Shown piece by piece: positions 27,545-37,190 of a DNA stretch of 48,698 nucleotides (position 1 is its first letter; each line of letters begins with the position of its first letter). Position numbers and translations under genes: made by a program. Under the pieces are notes generated by a model. It searched no databases, was not told the origin of the DNA, and saw only the letters and a program-made list of their open reading frames with translations. Source of the DNA: a virus (taxonomy: Duplodnaviria; Caudoviricetes). The stretch spans positions 1-48,698 of the IMG/VR virus record IMGVR_UViG_3300020045_006937; one strand, given 5' to 3'.

Positions 27545-29460
27545 TGATTTCAGAATACACAATTAACGAAGTAAAGGAAAGGGCTAAGGTTTCCGAAGTT
27601 GTTGCTGATTATATACAACTAAAAAAAATCGGCGGGAGCTATACTTGTAGCTGCCCCTACCACGAAGACAAAACACCTTCATTCTCTATAAAAGAAAACG
27701 AAAACTTTTATAAGTGTTTTTCCTGTGGGAAAACAGGGGACGCAATACAATTTTTAATTGAGTATAAAAAACTCACCTACCAAGAAGCTGTACAACATTT
27801 ATGCGCTAAATACCAAATACTTTTAGAGCAAACAGACGATAAGCCAAAAACCTACACAAAGCCGATATGGGCTAACAAAACAGACCTAAGTGATAAAGTA
27901 GTTAAGTGGTTTGAAAGTGAGCGTAAAATAAGCCAAAGTACCCTTAAAAAGCTAAAGATAACTGAAAGTATGGAGAATATGCCAGCGGGCAAAACAATCC
28001 CCGCAGGAAATAGATTAGCCATTAACTACAATTACTTTAGAGATGACGAACTCATAAACATAAAGTACAGGGATTCCGCCAAAGGATTCAAAATGTACTC
28101 AGGAGCGGAGTTAATATTCTATAACCTTGATAGCTTAAAAAACGCAACCGAATGCTGGATTACGGAAGGCGAAAACGACGCGCTTGCATTAGTTGAAGCT
28201 GGGATTATGCGCGAAGGAGTGGCTGTTTTATCTGTACCTAATGGCGCTCAGAAAACCACTAACAACTTACAGTATCTTAATAACTGCATAGACCTTTTTG
28301 ATAAGGTAGAAAAAATACACTTAGCCTTAGATAATGACATTAACGGCAGAAAATTAAGAGAGGAATTAGCAGAAAGATTTGGTAAAGAAAGATGTAATTA
28401 CGTTGAATGGCGTGATAAAAAAGATGCTAATGATGTTTTAAAAGCCTACGGCATAGACGGGGTAATAGAATGCTGCGCAAGTAAAAAAGAATTCCCTTTA
28501 GTTGGTATCAGCACTATTAGCACGTACAGCAACGATATTGATGATATGTACCTTAATGGAATGGATAGGGGCGTTCCGTTAAACATGGGTAAAATAGATA
28601 AGCTACTAAGATTTGCACAACCCTATATAACTGTAATTACTGGAGTGCCGAATCACGGTAAATCGGATTGGTTGGATATGATGATTTTAAAGCTAATGAC
28701 TCACCACGGATGGAAGGTTGGTTATTACTCCCCCGAAAACAAACCAACCAAATTACATTTTAGCAAACTTGCCCGTAAACTGATAGGTAAAAACTGGTTC
28801 GGCGGGAATAAAATGTCGGAAGCTGAAAAAAACCTCTGTAAAAGCTATTTAGAAGACAAGGTTTACTTCATTAAGCCCGAAAAGGACTTTACTCTTAATT
28901 CTATCTTGGATACTGTAAAAACGCTTAAAATGCGTAAAGGGATAAATTGCTTCGTGCTCGATGCGTGGAACAGGATTGAACACAAGCACGACGGTAAAAA
29001 CGAAACCAAATACGTTAATGAATCCCTATTGAAATTAGATGCCTTTTGTGAGCTTTATAACATACATTGTTTCCTTGTTGCGCATCCAACTAAAATCGAG
29101 AAGGATAAAAAAACAGGGATGTATTTAGTCCCCACCCTTTATAACATATCAGGAAGCGCTCACTTTTATAATATAGTAGCTAATGGAATTACTGTTTATA
29201 GGGATTTTAAAGACGATGTAACGAGAGTTTTTATACAAAAGGTCAAATTCTCTCACTGGGGCGAAATTGGAGTGGCTGAGTATAAATACGACAAGGAATG
29301 TGGTAGATATAACGAATATAATATTGAAGCTGGGTTTACCTTTAAAGAAGACAAATCAAACTGGATAACCACTAATCAAGTACAGTCAACAATGGAGCTC
29401 CCCGAAGTTAAAGAAGAAGGGGTTATACTAAATAGTCACATAACTGACATGCCGTTCTAA
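27544..29460 (+). CDS. Primase-helicase (CHC2 Zn finger, TOPRIM, SF4 Twinkle/gp4-like helicase)
   Basis: CPYH..CFSCG; ITEGEND; ALDND; GVPNHGKS; VLDAW; VAHP. Confidence 0.95.
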   Translation: MISEYTINEVKERAKVSEVVADYIQLKKIGGSYTCSCPYHEDKTPSFSIKENENFYKCFSCGKTGDAIQFLIEYKKLTYQEAVQHLCAKYQILLEQTDDKPKTYTKPIWANKTDLSDKVVKWFESERKISQSTLKKLKITESMENMPAGKTIPAGNRLAINYNYFRDDELINIKYRDSAKGFKMYSGAELIFYNLDSLKNATECWITEGENDALALVEAGIMREGVAVLSVPNGAQKTTNNLQYLNNCIDLFDKVEKIHLALDNDINGRKLREELAERFGKERCNYVEWRDKKDANDVLKAYGIDGVIECCASKKEFPLVGISTISTYSNDIDDMYLNGMDRGVPLNMGKIDKLLRFAQPYITVITGVPNHGKSDWLDMMILKLMTHHGWKVGYYSPENKPTKLHFSKLARKLIGKNWFGGNKMSEAEKNLCKSYLEDKVYFIKPEKDFTLNSILDTVKTLKMRKGINCFVLDAWNRIEHKHDGKNETKYVNESLLKLDAFCELYNIHCFLVAHPTKIEKDKKTGMYLVPTLYNISGSAHFYNIVANGITVYRDFKDDVTRVFIQKVKFSHWGEIGVAEYKYDKECGRYNEYNIEAGFTFKEDKSNWITTNQVQSTMELPEVKEEGVILNSHITDMPF

Positions 29461-29464
29461 AATG

Positions 29465-29516
29465 GTTCACGCGGGTTTCGGGAGGTCGGGCGAGAGCGAA
29501 GGGCAATTTATTTAGA
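29465..29516. repeat. GC-rich dispersed ~52-bp repeat, copy B
   Basis: Closely matches 8800-8851. Confidence 0.75.
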
Positions 29517-29532
29517 ATCGGCGGGAAAAGAA

Positions 29533-29587
29533 TTACAAAAAACTGTAACAAATAATATTAACTAAAATAAATTACAATAAAATGAAA
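29533..29587. repeat. Paired element 6 (second box TTACA-N6-TGAAA)
   Basis: Boxes 29533-48 and 29572-87. Confidence 0.7.
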
Positions 29588-29788
29588 CTTTTAACAGGAA
29601 TATCAATAGCGTTAATAATCACTTTGTGGTTTACGATAATTATAATGACAAACAAAAAAATTAATTTAGAAGAACAAAACGCCAAACTCCGCCGAGAACG
29701 CAACATGTACGATAGCTTATACAGAGCCGCCAACACTCGATTAATGCACTTTCAAGACTCAATTAATTGCCATTGTATATGCAAGTAG
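29582..29788 (+). CDS. Small TM plus coiled-coil protein
   Basis: N-terminal hydrophobic helix. Confidence 0.65.
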   Translation: MKLLTGISIALIITLWFTIIIMTNKKINLEEQNAKLRRERNMYDSLYRAANTRLMHFQDSINCHCICK

Positions 29789-30024
29789 AATTAAATATAG
29801 GACAAGAGGCTTTTGTAGGATATAAAATATCTGAACATTATTGTAATATCCAATATGGAACTTGGAACGGGAAAGAGTTTGTGTTTGGATTAAATGGTTC
29901 TGAATGGAATAAAGAAATAATTAAAAACGTAATTAGTTTTTGTACTATTGGAAAATTTGGAATTTCTGATGGTAGAAGTTTTGTAGTTGAAAATGATATA
30001 GCTAAATTAATCCCGCCGAGTTGA
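29767..30024 (+). CDS. Hypothetical protein (likely start ATG 29779)
   Basis: Operon ORF. Confidence 0.6.
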   Translation: MPLYMQVELNIGQEAFVGYKISEHYCNIQYGTWNGKEFVFGLNGSEWNKEIIKNVISFCTIGKFGISDGRSFVVENDIAKLIPPS

Positions 30025-30029
30025 AATCG

Positions 30030-30082
30030 TTACAATATTTGTAACAAAATAACATCGCGCGGAAAAATAACAAAAATTGTAA
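30030..30082. repeat. Paired element 7 (N5; second box TAACA)
   Basis: Boxes 30030-44 and 30068-82. Confidence 0.7.
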
Positions 30083-30084
30083 TT

Positions 30085-30501
30085 ATGGAAAGTAAAGAAT
30101 TAAGAATAGGGAATTTTATAGGTAATAAATACTATCCTAATAACCTTTATAAGGTTGAATGCGTATTACACTCATCAATTCATTATGAGGATGTTTACCC
30201 TTGGAAAGGTACAGTTGGTGTTTTTGCATTAGACAACGCATTACCAATCCCCCTAACCGCTGAATGGCTTCAAAGGTTTGGGTTTGAATTTTCTTGGATG
30301 TCAGGTCGGGCTTTAATACAGAAAAAGATTAAATACGATTTAAGATTTGTTAGACCTTATTACAAAGATAATTTAGGTGAATTAGAATTAGATTTACGTA
30401 ATGGTTCAACATCACTTAACACTAAAGTTAGACACGTCCACTCCCTTCAAAACCTTTACTTTGCTTTAACAGGTGAAGAATTACAACTCGGCGGGAAATG
30501 A
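30085..30501 (+). CDS. Bacteroidota-phage conserved hypothetical
   Basis: ELRIGN..PIPLT..HSLQNLYFALTGEEL. Confidence 0.8.
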   Translation: MESKELRIGNFIGNKYYPNNLYKVECVLHSSIHYEDVYPWKGTVGVFALDNALPIPLTAEWLQRFGFEFSWMSGRALIQKKIKYDLRFVRPYYKDNLGELELDLRNGSTSLNTKVRHVHSLQNLYFALTGEELQLGGK

Positions 30502-30773
30502 CAATAAAGCTATCAGATAACTTTCTTTCTAAGAACCCTAAGTTTAACCGTAAAGAGCAACAGTTAATAATAGGAACGCTATTGAATAAAATAAGTCTAA
30601 CAACGAAAAGAAGTTCTGTAGTTAATATAAAGTTAAGGAAGTTCGGCACTATTCACACGCACGGAAATAAGAAAAGAATGTCGAAATTAAAATATTTAAG
30701 GCGCTATAACAAAATGAAATATAATGAAAATCAAGAACTTGAAAAATATTCTCTTAAAAAACTACTATTTTAA
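30498..30773 (+). CDS. Basic protein, possibly HU/IHF-like
   Basis: IKLRKFGTI resembles the HU VxLxGFGxF motif. Confidence 0.45.
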   Translation: MTIKLSDNFLSKNPKFNRKEQQLIIGTLLNKISLTTKRSSVVNIKLRKFGTIHTHGNKKRMSKLKYLRRYNKMKYNENQELEKYSLKKLLF

Positions 30774-30776
30774 CAC

Positions 30777-30830
30777 AACTTTGTAACCTTTTTACTATAT
30801 TTGCGTTTAACTAAGAAAAACAAACCTATG
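30777..30830 (+). promoter_or_regulatory. Promoter plus leader, duplicate of 15394-15447
   Basis: 53/54 identity; TATATTTG -7 box. Confidence 0.85.
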
Positions 30831-31571
30831 CTAAATACGAAAAGTATAAACAAAATCTTGTTCTTGGACATCGAAACTGTCCCCCAAGTGGAAACATTTG
30901 CTAAAATGACTCCAGCCTCACAGAAGCTTTTTAAGGAACGATTTAAAACCGACCTAAAGAACCTTGAAGTGGACGGCAAAGTATCGCCTGAATCCATTGA
31001 GGAGCTTTATAACATCAAAGCTAGTCTTCATGTAGAATGGGCTAAGATTGTGTGCTTATCAGTTGGAGCTATTAACACAAATGAAGAAGTTTACAAAATC
31101 AAAACTAAATCTCTCACGGGCGAAACAGATTTTGATATTCTAACTCAAATGATGGAACTTGCCCCGATTAAGGATTATAAAGGTAAAGCTGAAGACTTCG
31201 CGTTTTGCGCTCATAATGGAAAGATTTTTGACTTTCCCTTCATTACTAAGCGAATGATTTTAAATCGTATGGAAATCCCTAAATTCTTACAGATTTACGA
31301 CAAGAAGCCCTGGGAAATAACGCATTTGATTGATACTAAGGAAATGTGGAAGTTTGGCGTGTTTGATAATAACTCATCACTATCTTTACTTGCTCACGTA
31401 TTTGGCACACCAAACTCTAAAGATGATATGGATGGCTCTATGGTGAAAGATTGTTATTACAAAGAAAAGAACATATCTAAAATTGCCGCGTATTGTGAAA
31501 TGGACGTATTAGCCCTTGCGCACGTATATCTTAAAATGAATGGAATCGAAAATCAATTAACTAAAATATAA
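30828..31571 (+). CDS. DnaQ-superfamily 3'-5' exonuclease (PolB-exo2-like), start revised
   Basis: FLDIET, HNGKIFDFPF, YCEMDV. Confidence 0.9.
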   Translation: MLNTKSINKILFLDIETVPQVETFAKMTPASQKLFKERFKTDLKNLEVDGKVSPESIEELYNIKASLHVEWAKIVCLSVGAINTNEEVYKIKTKSLTGETDFDILTQMMELAPIKDYKGKAEDFAFCAHNGKIFDFPFITKRMILNRMEIPKFLQIYDKKPWEITHLIDTKEMWKFGVFDNNSSLSLLAHVFGTPNSKDDMDGSMVKDCYYKEKNISKIAAYCEMDVLALAHVYLKMNGIENQLTKI

Positions 31572-31591
31572 ACAATCTAAAATTTAAAACT

Positions 31592-32236
31592 ATGGCAGAA
31601 GGCTTACAGGACAAACAAGGAAGTAACAAAAAGTTTATGAAATTAAAAGAAGACAAACGCGACGGCTCTAAAACTAAAGGTCAATACCGCTTCTTTCAAC
31701 AAGAAAAAGTGAACGGAGTTTGGACTTCAACAAACGAAGGAAACTCAATGTCAGGTGTATTAAAATCACTTGAAACCAAAGCATATCAGTATGAAGGCGA
31801 AACTAAAGAAAACTTAGAAGTAACCCTTCAAGGTGAAAGCGGAACTGATTATGTTATTTCGTTTGGATTTAATACAGGTATCACTGAGAACTTGCTTAAC
31901 GCAATGGCTCACGAACCTATCATTGGAACAATTGAAATGAATTGTGGATTACCTAAAAACGATTATCCAACTCTTTACATTAACCATAATGGTCAAAAGA
32001 CTACTTGGAAATATTCTAAGGATGCTGGAAATTGGGACGAAATTCCTAAAATCACTACTATCACGGACGAAGATGGCAACAAGATTAAAAAAGGGGCTAA
32101 GGCTAAAACAGAGTTCTTTAAAAAGCTTTTGGCTGAAGTGCAGGCTAAGTTAGCCCCTCTTTCTCCCGCGAAATCGGCAGTAACTAATGAAAACTCACAA
32201 CCCGTTGATGATGGAAACGATTCGTTGCCCTTCTAA
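31592..32236 (+). CDS. Probable single-stranded DNA-binding protein
   Basis: Acidic C-tail DDGNDSLPF; replication context. Confidence 0.7.
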   Translation: MAEGLQDKQGSNKKFMKLKEDKRDGSKTKGQYRFFQQEKVNGVWTSTNEGNSMSGVLKSLETKAYQYEGETKENLEVTLQGESGTDYVISFGFNTGITENLLNAMAHEPIIGTIEMNCGLPKNDYPTLYINHNGQKTTWKYSKDAGNWDEIPKITTITDEDGNKIKKGAKAKTEFFKKLLAEVQAKLAPLSPAKSAVTNENSQPVDDGNDSLPF

Positions 32237-32300
32237 AACGGTTAATAACTTTTACACATTTTAAACTTTTTAATAAGTAGATTTGTGTAAAAGTTATAAT

Positions 32301-32828
32301 ATGAAAGAATGTTTTAAATGCCACGTAACAAAACCATTAGATGAGTTTTACAAACACAAACAAATGTCAGATGGGCATCTTGGTAAATGTAAGGATTGTA
32401 CAAAAAAAGATGTTGATGTTAGAGAAAAAGAATTAAGGGCTACTAATCCTGATTGGATTGAAAAAGAAAAGAAAAGAGCAAGAGAAAAGTACAATAGATT
32501 AGGATATAAAGACATTCATAAGCCGACGCCTGAAAAAAAGAAAGAACAAATGTTAAGGTATAAAGAAAAATATCCTGAAAAGATAACTGCTAAATCAAGA
32601 ATGGGAAAGATGAAGGCGGAAATAGATGGAAATCATTTACATCATTGGAGCTATAATCTAGAACATGTAAAAGACGTGATTGAAGTTACAGAAATAGAAC
32701 ATAATAAATTGCACCGTTATATTGTATACGACCAAGAAAGAATGATGTATCGTACCTTACAAGGAGTATTACTTGACACACGAGAAGCTCATTTAGCGCA
32801 TTATGAATCAATAAAGCATTTAGATTAA
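32301..32828 (+). CDS. HNH-type endonuclease with N-terminal Zn ribbon
   Basis: CFKC..CKDC; HLHHWSY..HNKLH. Confidence 0.75.
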   Translation: MKECFKCHVTKPLDEFYKHKQMSDGHLGKCKDCTKKDVDVREKELRATNPDWIEKEKKRAREKYNRLGYKDIHKPTPEKKKEQMLRYKEKYPEKITAKSRMGKMKAEIDGNHLHHWSYNLEHVKDVIEVTEIEHNKLHRYIVYDQERMMYRTLQGVLLDTREAHLAHYESIKHLD

Positions 32829-33254
32829 ATGGAATTTCGTTATCGGCACTTAGGCAAAGTAAAAGAAGGAAGGCTTATCTATGATGACCCCTCCCTTTTA
32901 CAACGCCATTTGTTAAGCTTAGAAGGTGAAGAAGTGGAGCATTTAATTCGCAAGAAAAGACTTCCCGCCAGTTCAGGGCAAATGCAATTTTACATTGGAA
33001 TTGTATTAAAAGAAGCTCACAAGCATAACGAATTTGTACATTATGAATCTCCAAAACGAATACACGACCTTGCTATTGCCCCTATATTCCTTTGTGAATA
33101 CGTGGTGGTGGATGGTAAATTAAAAACAAAAATTAAAAAACTATCAGAACTCAATAAAGATGAAATGTGGGAACTAACAGAACGCGTAATAGCGTACTTA
33201 GCAACCGAACATGGAATTGAGATAGCGGAAAAAGAAAAGTATCACATCAAATAA
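32829..33254 (+). CDS. NinB/DUF1367-like recombination protein
   Basis: SSGQMQFY..LSELNKDEMWELTERV..GIEI. Confidence 0.55.
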   Translation: MEFRYRHLGKVKEGRLIYDDPSLLQRHLLSLEGEEVEHLIRKKRLPASSGQMQFYIGIVLKEAHKHNEFVHYESPKRIHDLAIAPIFLCEYVVVDGKLKTKIKKLSELNKDEMWELTERVIAYLATEHGIEIAEKEKYHIK

Positions 33255-33262
33255 AAAATAAA

Positions 33263-33547
33263 ATGAAAGACAACAAAGTACTACAAAGCCACTCAGATAC
33301 AACAGAACTACCTGATGGCACTAAACTAAAGATTACAATCAATAACTACGAAAAGCGGATATTCCCTTTAGGCGATGCTTATATGAGTGAAGCAAGGATT
33401 GATTATGTAAATTTAAGAGGTACAAGATACCTTGAATATTACCTTAATCATTTAAGTGAAGATGATATGAAAAAAGGGACAGAGCACATCATTAATAGCA
33501 TAACGAAAGACCCGAATAGTTACCGTCACCAACACGCCCCGAAATAA
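33263..33547 (+). CDS. Hypothetical protein
   Basis: Operon ORF. Confidence 0.7.
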   Translation: MKDNKVLQSHSDTTELPDGTKLKITINNYEKRIFPLGDAYMSEARIDYVNLRGTRYLEYYLNHLSEDDMKKGTEHIINSITKDPNSYRHQHAPK

Positions 33548-33549
33548 TT

Positions 33550-33936
33550 ATGTCAGCAGATATTGTAAAAGATTCACCAGTGCTTAAAAAAGCCCTTCTT
33601 GATAGATGGGAGGAACTTAACCTCAGCGGGCATCAAGTGGCTTTGTATGCTCAGAAGATGGGAATGAAAGGGGTTACGGATAGAAGTGTGTCAGTGTGGA
33701 AAAATCATTCCCACGCCCGTGGTGCGTTAAATCAGATGCAACTTATACAGTTGGCTTTTTTGTTCGGGATTCGTGTATCATTAAAAATCGGCGAACCTGA
33801 ATTTGATGGTAAAAAACTAAAATACGTAGTTCCCGTTCCATTTAACGAGGAAAAAGCACTTGCTGAGTATTATTCTATATTCCCGCCACCACAAATAGTA
33901 GAACCAGTTAAAAAGAAAAAGAAGAAAAATGGCTAA
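33550..33936 (+). CDS. Possible Cro/CI-like HTH protein
   Basis: LNLSGHQVA..VTDRSVSVW pattern. Confidence 0.45.
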   Translation: MSADIVKDSPVLKKALLDRWEELNLSGHQVALYAQKMGMKGVTDRSVSVWKNHSHARGALNQMQLIQLAFLFGIRVSLKIGEPEFDGKKLKYVVPVPFNEEKALAEYYSIFPPPQIVEPVKKKKKKNG

Positions 33937-34540
33937 ACCAAATCAATATACCGATAAATGGTTTTTGGAGCGCGGATACACGTTTAATTCCGAAAGCGGC
34001 ACTTGGACTCCGCCTGTTATAAAAAAGGGGTTTATAGGGCAACAGAAGGGGTTTAATAAAGATTTAAACGAATTAACAAAACCGCTGAAGGCATTCAAAG
34101 CACTATTTCCTGATATGGGTGGATTAGAAATAAACCAAGTAATTATTGATGAATCAACTCGCATTAATTTACCAAACGATTCTGTTTTAACTATTGATGG
34201 ACTTATTGCGGGGCTTAACGGCAGTAAAGGATTAATGAGAAGCCACTGGTCAAACACTAAAAAGCAAAAAGAAATATTCCAATCCATTATCTCCCAACAT
34301 TTGCGAGACAATAAAATGCGAAAACATTCAGGAGAAGTGAGTATTGAATACATAGGCTATAAAACTAGGTTTATGGATTGGGACAACTTTTGCGCTTCAT
34401 TCAAACATATCGGAGATAGTTTAGTTAAGATGGGAATTATTGTAGACGATAGTCCAAAAATTGTTACTCAGTTTATCCCCTCTCAAATTAAAGTCCCGCA
34501 AATAGGACAAAAAGTTGTTGTAATAATTAAAGATAAATAA
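33929..34540 (+). CDS. RusA-like Holliday junction resolvase
   Basis: DWDNF..KHIGDSL..IIVDD. Confidence 0.75.
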   Translation: MAKPNQYTDKWFLERGYTFNSESGTWTPPVIKKGFIGQQKGFNKDLNELTKPLKAFKALFPDMGGLEINQVIIDESTRINLPNDSVLTIDGLIAGLNGSKGLMRSHWSNTKKQKEIFQSIISQHLRDNKMRKHSGEVSIEYIGYKTRFMDWDNFCASFKHIGDSLVKMGIIVDDSPKIVTQFIPSQIKVPQIGQKVVVIIKDK

Positions 34541-34541
34541 T

Positions 34542-34733
34542 ATGGATGAATTAAAACCATCAGCACAGCTCCTAATTAAATTAGGAAGCCTTATCACACA
34601 CTATCAGGAATGGACTTCTGATAAAGGACATCAAGTAGATAAATCAGCTATTGATTCAATAGAAAGCGACCCCGACTTTAAACAGTGGATGAAGCAAATG
34701 AATGATAATGCTTTTTTGCCATTAAAACGTTAA
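34542..34733 (+). CDS. Hypothetical protein
   Basis: Operon ORF. Confidence 0.7.
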   Translation: MDELKPSAQLLIKLGSLITHYQEWTSDKGHQVDKSAIDSIESDPDFKQWMKQMNDNAFLPLKR

Positions 34734-34740
34734 ACTTAAA

Positions 34741-35145
34741 ATGCCAAAATTTAACCCCCAGCCGAAATCAGGTATGCCCCCAAAGAAAGCTAAAAAGCCT
34801 CTAAAACGCACCGCTATTAGCAAAGTAAAGAAAGCTACTGGTGAGAAATTCATTTTTGAGGAAATCGCTGAGGAACGTGAATGGAAGTGTATAGTGACTG
34901 GAGAAACTTTATATGAATTAAAGCCTACGCAATTCATGCACGTACTACCTAAAGCACTTAATAAATATCCGCTCTTTAAACTTTATAAGCCTAACATACA
35001 ACTCGCATCTGATGAAACTCATTACGCATGGGATTTTACACCACGTAGCGAGCTTCGCAAAGACCCGCGTTTTGATATACTATTTGAACTTGAAGCGAAA
35101 TTAATAGAAGAATATAAACAATTGAAATCCGCCAAATCAACGTGA
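34741..35145 (+). CDS. HNH/NinG-like nuclease-fold protein
   Basis: CIVTG..FMHVLPK..NIQL..H..WD. Confidence 0.6.
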   Translation: MPKFNPQPKSGMPPKKAKKPLKRTAISKVKKATGEKFIFEEIAEEREWKCIVTGETLYELKPTQFMHVLPKALNKYPLFKLYKPNIQLASDETHYAWDFTPRSELRKDPRFDILFELEAKLIEEYKQLKSAKST

Positions 35146-35228
35146 GCACAATCTAACTAAACAGTGGCGGAGCTCCCGACCCAACAAAAACGAAATCGTC
35201 TGAACAATAACTTAAAACATAAATAACA

Positions 35229-35426
35229 ATGGCAAAGAAACAACCAGAAAACACCACAATTACAATTACTCACGAGTACAACTTCTCAAAAGAAGATGCA
35301 GCTAAACTAGCCACAACAGGAAAACTAGTAGTAAAAACTTATGTAGTAGTAAAAGACAAACCTGAAGTAATATCAAACGCAGGAGAAGTATATGTTAAAC
35401 AAGGAAACGCAACTAAAAAGAAATAA
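35229..35426 (+). CDS. Hypothetical protein
   Basis: Operon ORF. Confidence 0.7.
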   Translation: MAKKQPENTTITITHEYNFSKEDAAKLATTGKLVVKTYVVVKDKPEVISNAGEVYVKQGNATKKK

Positions 35427-35428
35427 AC

Positions 35429-35956
35429 ATGGAAAAAACATTTAGAGAATTAAGATTAGAAGAATTAAAAAACTTACCCATTCACCCAGATTATGAAGCA
35501 ATAGAAGGTCTCCCAATTCCTTTAGGATGCTCATACATAGTAAAAGAATGCCCACAGGAAGAATATAAAACTAAAGGGGGTATAGTCCTACCGCACGGCG
35601 AAAGATTAGACCACGCGAAAATTGGAATTGTGTATAATAAATCTGAAAATTGCATATTGCCAGTTAGAGAAGGACAAGTAGTGGCGTTTGACATAATGTG
35701 TAGATTCGGACTTAAACACAAAGGAGAGAACTACATAAGCGTACCAGAACATATGTTGTACATGATTGTGCCGCCAGACACGTTCTTAGAAACTCGCTTC
35801 AAAGACTTCAACGAAAAGCGCAGGGAAAAGAGAATAAAAGGTGCTGAAGCAGTGGCTAAAAGAGATGAGAACGAACTTGACAAACACACTGAAATAAGAA
35901 AAGCAGAAGTAACTGGAAGTAAAATATTCCCCGTAAGTAAGAACACTAAAATATAA
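35429..35956 (+). CDS. GroES/Cpn10-like co-chaperonin
   Basis: PLG..IV..KTKGGIVLP..GIV..VREGQVVAF. Confidence 0.75.
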   Translation: MEKTFRELRLEELKNLPIHPDYEAIEGLPIPLGCSYIVKECPQEEYKTKGGIVLPHGERLDHAKIGIVYNKSENCILPVREGQVVAFDIMCRFGLKHKGENYISVPEHMLYMIVPPDTFLETRFKDFNEKRREKRIKGAEAVAKRDENELDKHTEIRKAEVTGSKIFPVSKNTKI

Positions 35957-35972
35957 ACGTATTCCCCACAAG

Positions 35973-36027
35973 TTACAATAAACTGTAATTATTTTAGTTT
36001 GTGGGGATTTGTTACAAAAAACTGTAA
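35973..36027. repeat. Paired TTACA-N6-TGTAA element 8
   Basis: Boxes 35973-88 and 36012-27. Confidence 0.85.
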
Positions 36028-36350
36028 TCCTGAAGATATAGGAGAGTGGTTTGGGAAGGTTGTTAAATCGTATAATGAAGTAGAGAGATTATGACAGCAC
36101 GAGATGAATTTTATGATACACTTGGTGCATCGATTTTATTTTCTTGTGCATTTTGGTTAATTTTTTACATAATTAAAATAATATACAAATGGATTTCGAG
36201 AAACTAAAAATAGAATTACAAGCCTATATACAATGGTTTGAAGAAAAGTATAATTATACAGACCTTAGAGATATTAATAGTATAGAAGATTGGCAACTTT
36301 ATGTTAGCGCAAAGCAATTTATAAATTGTATTTAACCCCCACCCCCAAAA

Positions 36351-36641
36351 ATGAATAAAACGAAAAAAGAGATAAAGAAACTCTCCGAACAAACTTACAA
36401 ATTAAAACAAGAAATAAAACCAAGTAGACCACACGCTCCAAGTTGGACTTATGGATTCCAAATAGGATATGAAATTTGTCAAGGTGAAGCTAAAGAGGAA
36501 ATTGAGAGACTACGGGAAGGGATTGAATATGTGAAAGACGAATTATTTGCTTGTGCTGATATGGGTGTTATTGCTAAAAGCGCCCACGTTCTACGCTATA
36601 TCGAATCCCTACTTAATGCGTCAAATAAGAAGGGGGTATGA
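36351..36641 (+). CDS. Third, diverged member of the cassette gene family
   Basis: Leader TAACCCCCACCCCCAAAAATG; KTKKE, EIERL, ESLLNASNKKG. Confidence 0.7.
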   Translation: MNKTKKEIKKLSEQTYKLKQEIKPSRPHAPSWTYGFQIGYEICQGEAKEEIERLREGIEYVKDELFACADMGVIAKSAHVLRYIESLLNASNKKGV

Positions 36642-36691
36642 GCGTATCACTAACCCCCATCTATAATAAGGTATTAACAATTAAATAAGAT

Positions 36692-36895
36692 ATGATAACA
36701 ACAATAGTGGTTTTAGCTTACGTAGCTAATGTATTTTTAAACAGGTGGCTGAATAAATTATGGGTAAAAGAAAACCCTAATAACCCAATCATACCCCTTG
36801 CATGGTTTTTTTCTATACCAGCCACAATTGCATTTTTTGTAATGATTAATAGCCTTAAAAACTCAAATTGGTTCACTGGCAAGTATTGGAAATAA
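36692..36895 (+). CDS. Small membrane protein
   Basis: Two hydrophobic segments. Confidence 0.7.
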   Translation: MITTIVVLAYVANVFLNRWLNKLWVKENPNNPIIPLAWFFSIPATIAFFVMINSLKNSNWFTGKYWK

Positions 36896-36934
36896 CCCCA
36901 CAGGGCTTTAACAGTCCGAATAAATAAACATATT

Positions 36935-37177
36935 ATGACACCAACACCAAAAGAAAAAGCAAAGGAACTAGTAGCTAAGTTTGAAAATGAGATGTATATT
37001 TTTGAATCTTTTGATGGCTCAGAAAGAAAAGAAGCAAGTATAAAATGTGCCTTAATTTGTGTTGATGAGATTTTAAACGAATTAAAGGATGAGATTTGGT
37101 TCTCATATTGTGATGATAATAACCTTGATGAAAGGGAGAAATTTTGGCTCGAAGTCAAACAAGAACTAACCAAATAA
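36935..37177 (+). CDS. Conserved phage hypothetical (TPKEKAKELV..CALICVDEIL..WLEVKQEL)
   Basis: Recognisable Bacteroidota phage family pattern. Confidence 0.8.
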   Translation: MTPTPKEKAKELVAKFENEMYIFESFDGSERKEASIKCALICVDEILNELKDEIWFSYCDDNNLDEREKFWLEVKQELTK

Positions 37178-37190
37178 ACACCTACTGAGA

